Positions 63,354-64,000 of a stretch of DNA of 64,000 bases are shown here, piece after piece. The notes beneath the pieces were generated by a model that worked only from the letters and a program-made list of their open reading frames with translations, did not search any database and was not told where the DNA came from. The first letter of the stretch is position 1; every line of letters begins with the position of its first letter. Source of the stretch: Methanotrichaceae archaeon (GTDB lineage: Archaea > Halobacteriota > Methanosarcinia > Methanotrichales > Methanotrichaceae); the NCBI GenBank assembly GCA_963813075.1, contig CAWEXU010000004.1, positions 64,001-128,000 of the forward strand. The letters run 5' to 3'. A program made the position numbers and the translations under genes.

Positions 63354-64000
63354 TCACGGCGGCTTCATCGCCTTCTCCATCTCCCTGGCCACGCTCGCCC
63401 CCGCCATCCTGCTCTGCACCGTCCCTGCAATCATCCGCCCCGCCCGGGCGCAAGAATACCGGTCCACCTGCCAGTCCAAGCCCTCGTAGCCCACTTCCAT
63501 CAGGATCAGCCCCTCAGCCGGAGCAGTGGGAGCGCCGTGGTTCAATTCCGGCCGGAGCAGATCTCTAAACCAAAGCATATCCTTCTGGCCTGAGCCCACC
63601 TTTTCTGTGGCCCCCACGATCTTTCGCACCATATTCCACAGAAAGCCGTCTGCCCGGATGTCAAAGGTGAATAGGCCGTTCTTCTCAGCTATCTTTAGCT
63701 TTTGGACCGTCTTTACCGTCCCCACCTTGGCAGAGGAGAAGTTCCGAAAATCGTGCTCCCCTATGAGCATCTCCGCTGCTTCTTCCATCAGATCCATGTC
63801 CAGGTTCGGATGCCAGAGAAGATAGCGGTACTCCCGCCAGAGGGCATTCCAGCGGGCGGAAAAGCCTATGGGCGCAATGGACCAGGCCCAGGTCCAGATA
63901 TCGCGCGGCAGCCTGCCATTCACGCACCGCGGCCTGGTCAGATCGACTTTATCCTCATCTATCCAGAAGTCAATCACCTGGCCGAGAGCAGATACCCCCC
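63354..64000 (-). CDS. truA: tRNA pseudouridine(38-40) synthase, 5' part outside the window
   Basis: VSALGQV, LPRDI, FSARWNA..REYRY, GEHDFRNFS, ADGFLWNMVRKIVG, APAEGLIL. Confidence 0.95.
   Translation of the reverse strand, partial: GVSALGQVIDFWIDEDKVDLTRPRCVNGRLPRDIWTWAWSIAPIGFSARWNALWREYRYLLWHPNLDMDLMEEAAEMLIGEHDFRNFSSAKVGTVKTVQKLKIAEKNGLFTFDIRADGFLWNMVRKIVGATEKVGSGQKDMLWFRDLLRPELNHGAPTAPAEGLILMEVGYEGLDWQVDRYSCARAGRMIAGTVQSRMAGASVAREMEKAMKPP

Overview
64 kb of a GC-rich methanogenic archaeon, most consistent with Methanothrix (Methanosaeta). This is inferred from a complete ACDS/CODH operon (cdhABC-cooC-cdhDE), MA1821/MA1822-type homocysteine genes, an Nre protein with a PIP box, archaeal pheST, iorAB, hcp, cobamide-salvage genes and tRNA-Ser(GCU). 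Many genes are split by single-base indels, probably long-read errors, which hides several features from the ORF track. Accessory content: an intact tnpA+tnpB IS200/IS605 element, four decayed toxin-antitoxin modules, a putative type II R-M pair and a large TPR protein. Highlights not visible in the ORF track: (1) a two-gene NLR-like system, in which a small helical Bell/HeLo-like effector ends in, and the adjacent STAND-ATPase/repeat protein begins with, matching BASS3-like amyloid motifs (RSVAAxxIxxSxIxTG[DN]); (2) an ORF-free, apparently promoter-driven, about 305-nt structured RNA candidate ending in an IS200/IS605 right end (orphan omegaRNA-like); (3) two paralogous 56/58-aa microproteins inside the ACDS operon that resemble the C-terminal tail missing from this CdhC; (4) a duplicated truA 3' end flanking a TA cassette. 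All calls are by eye; no searches were run.
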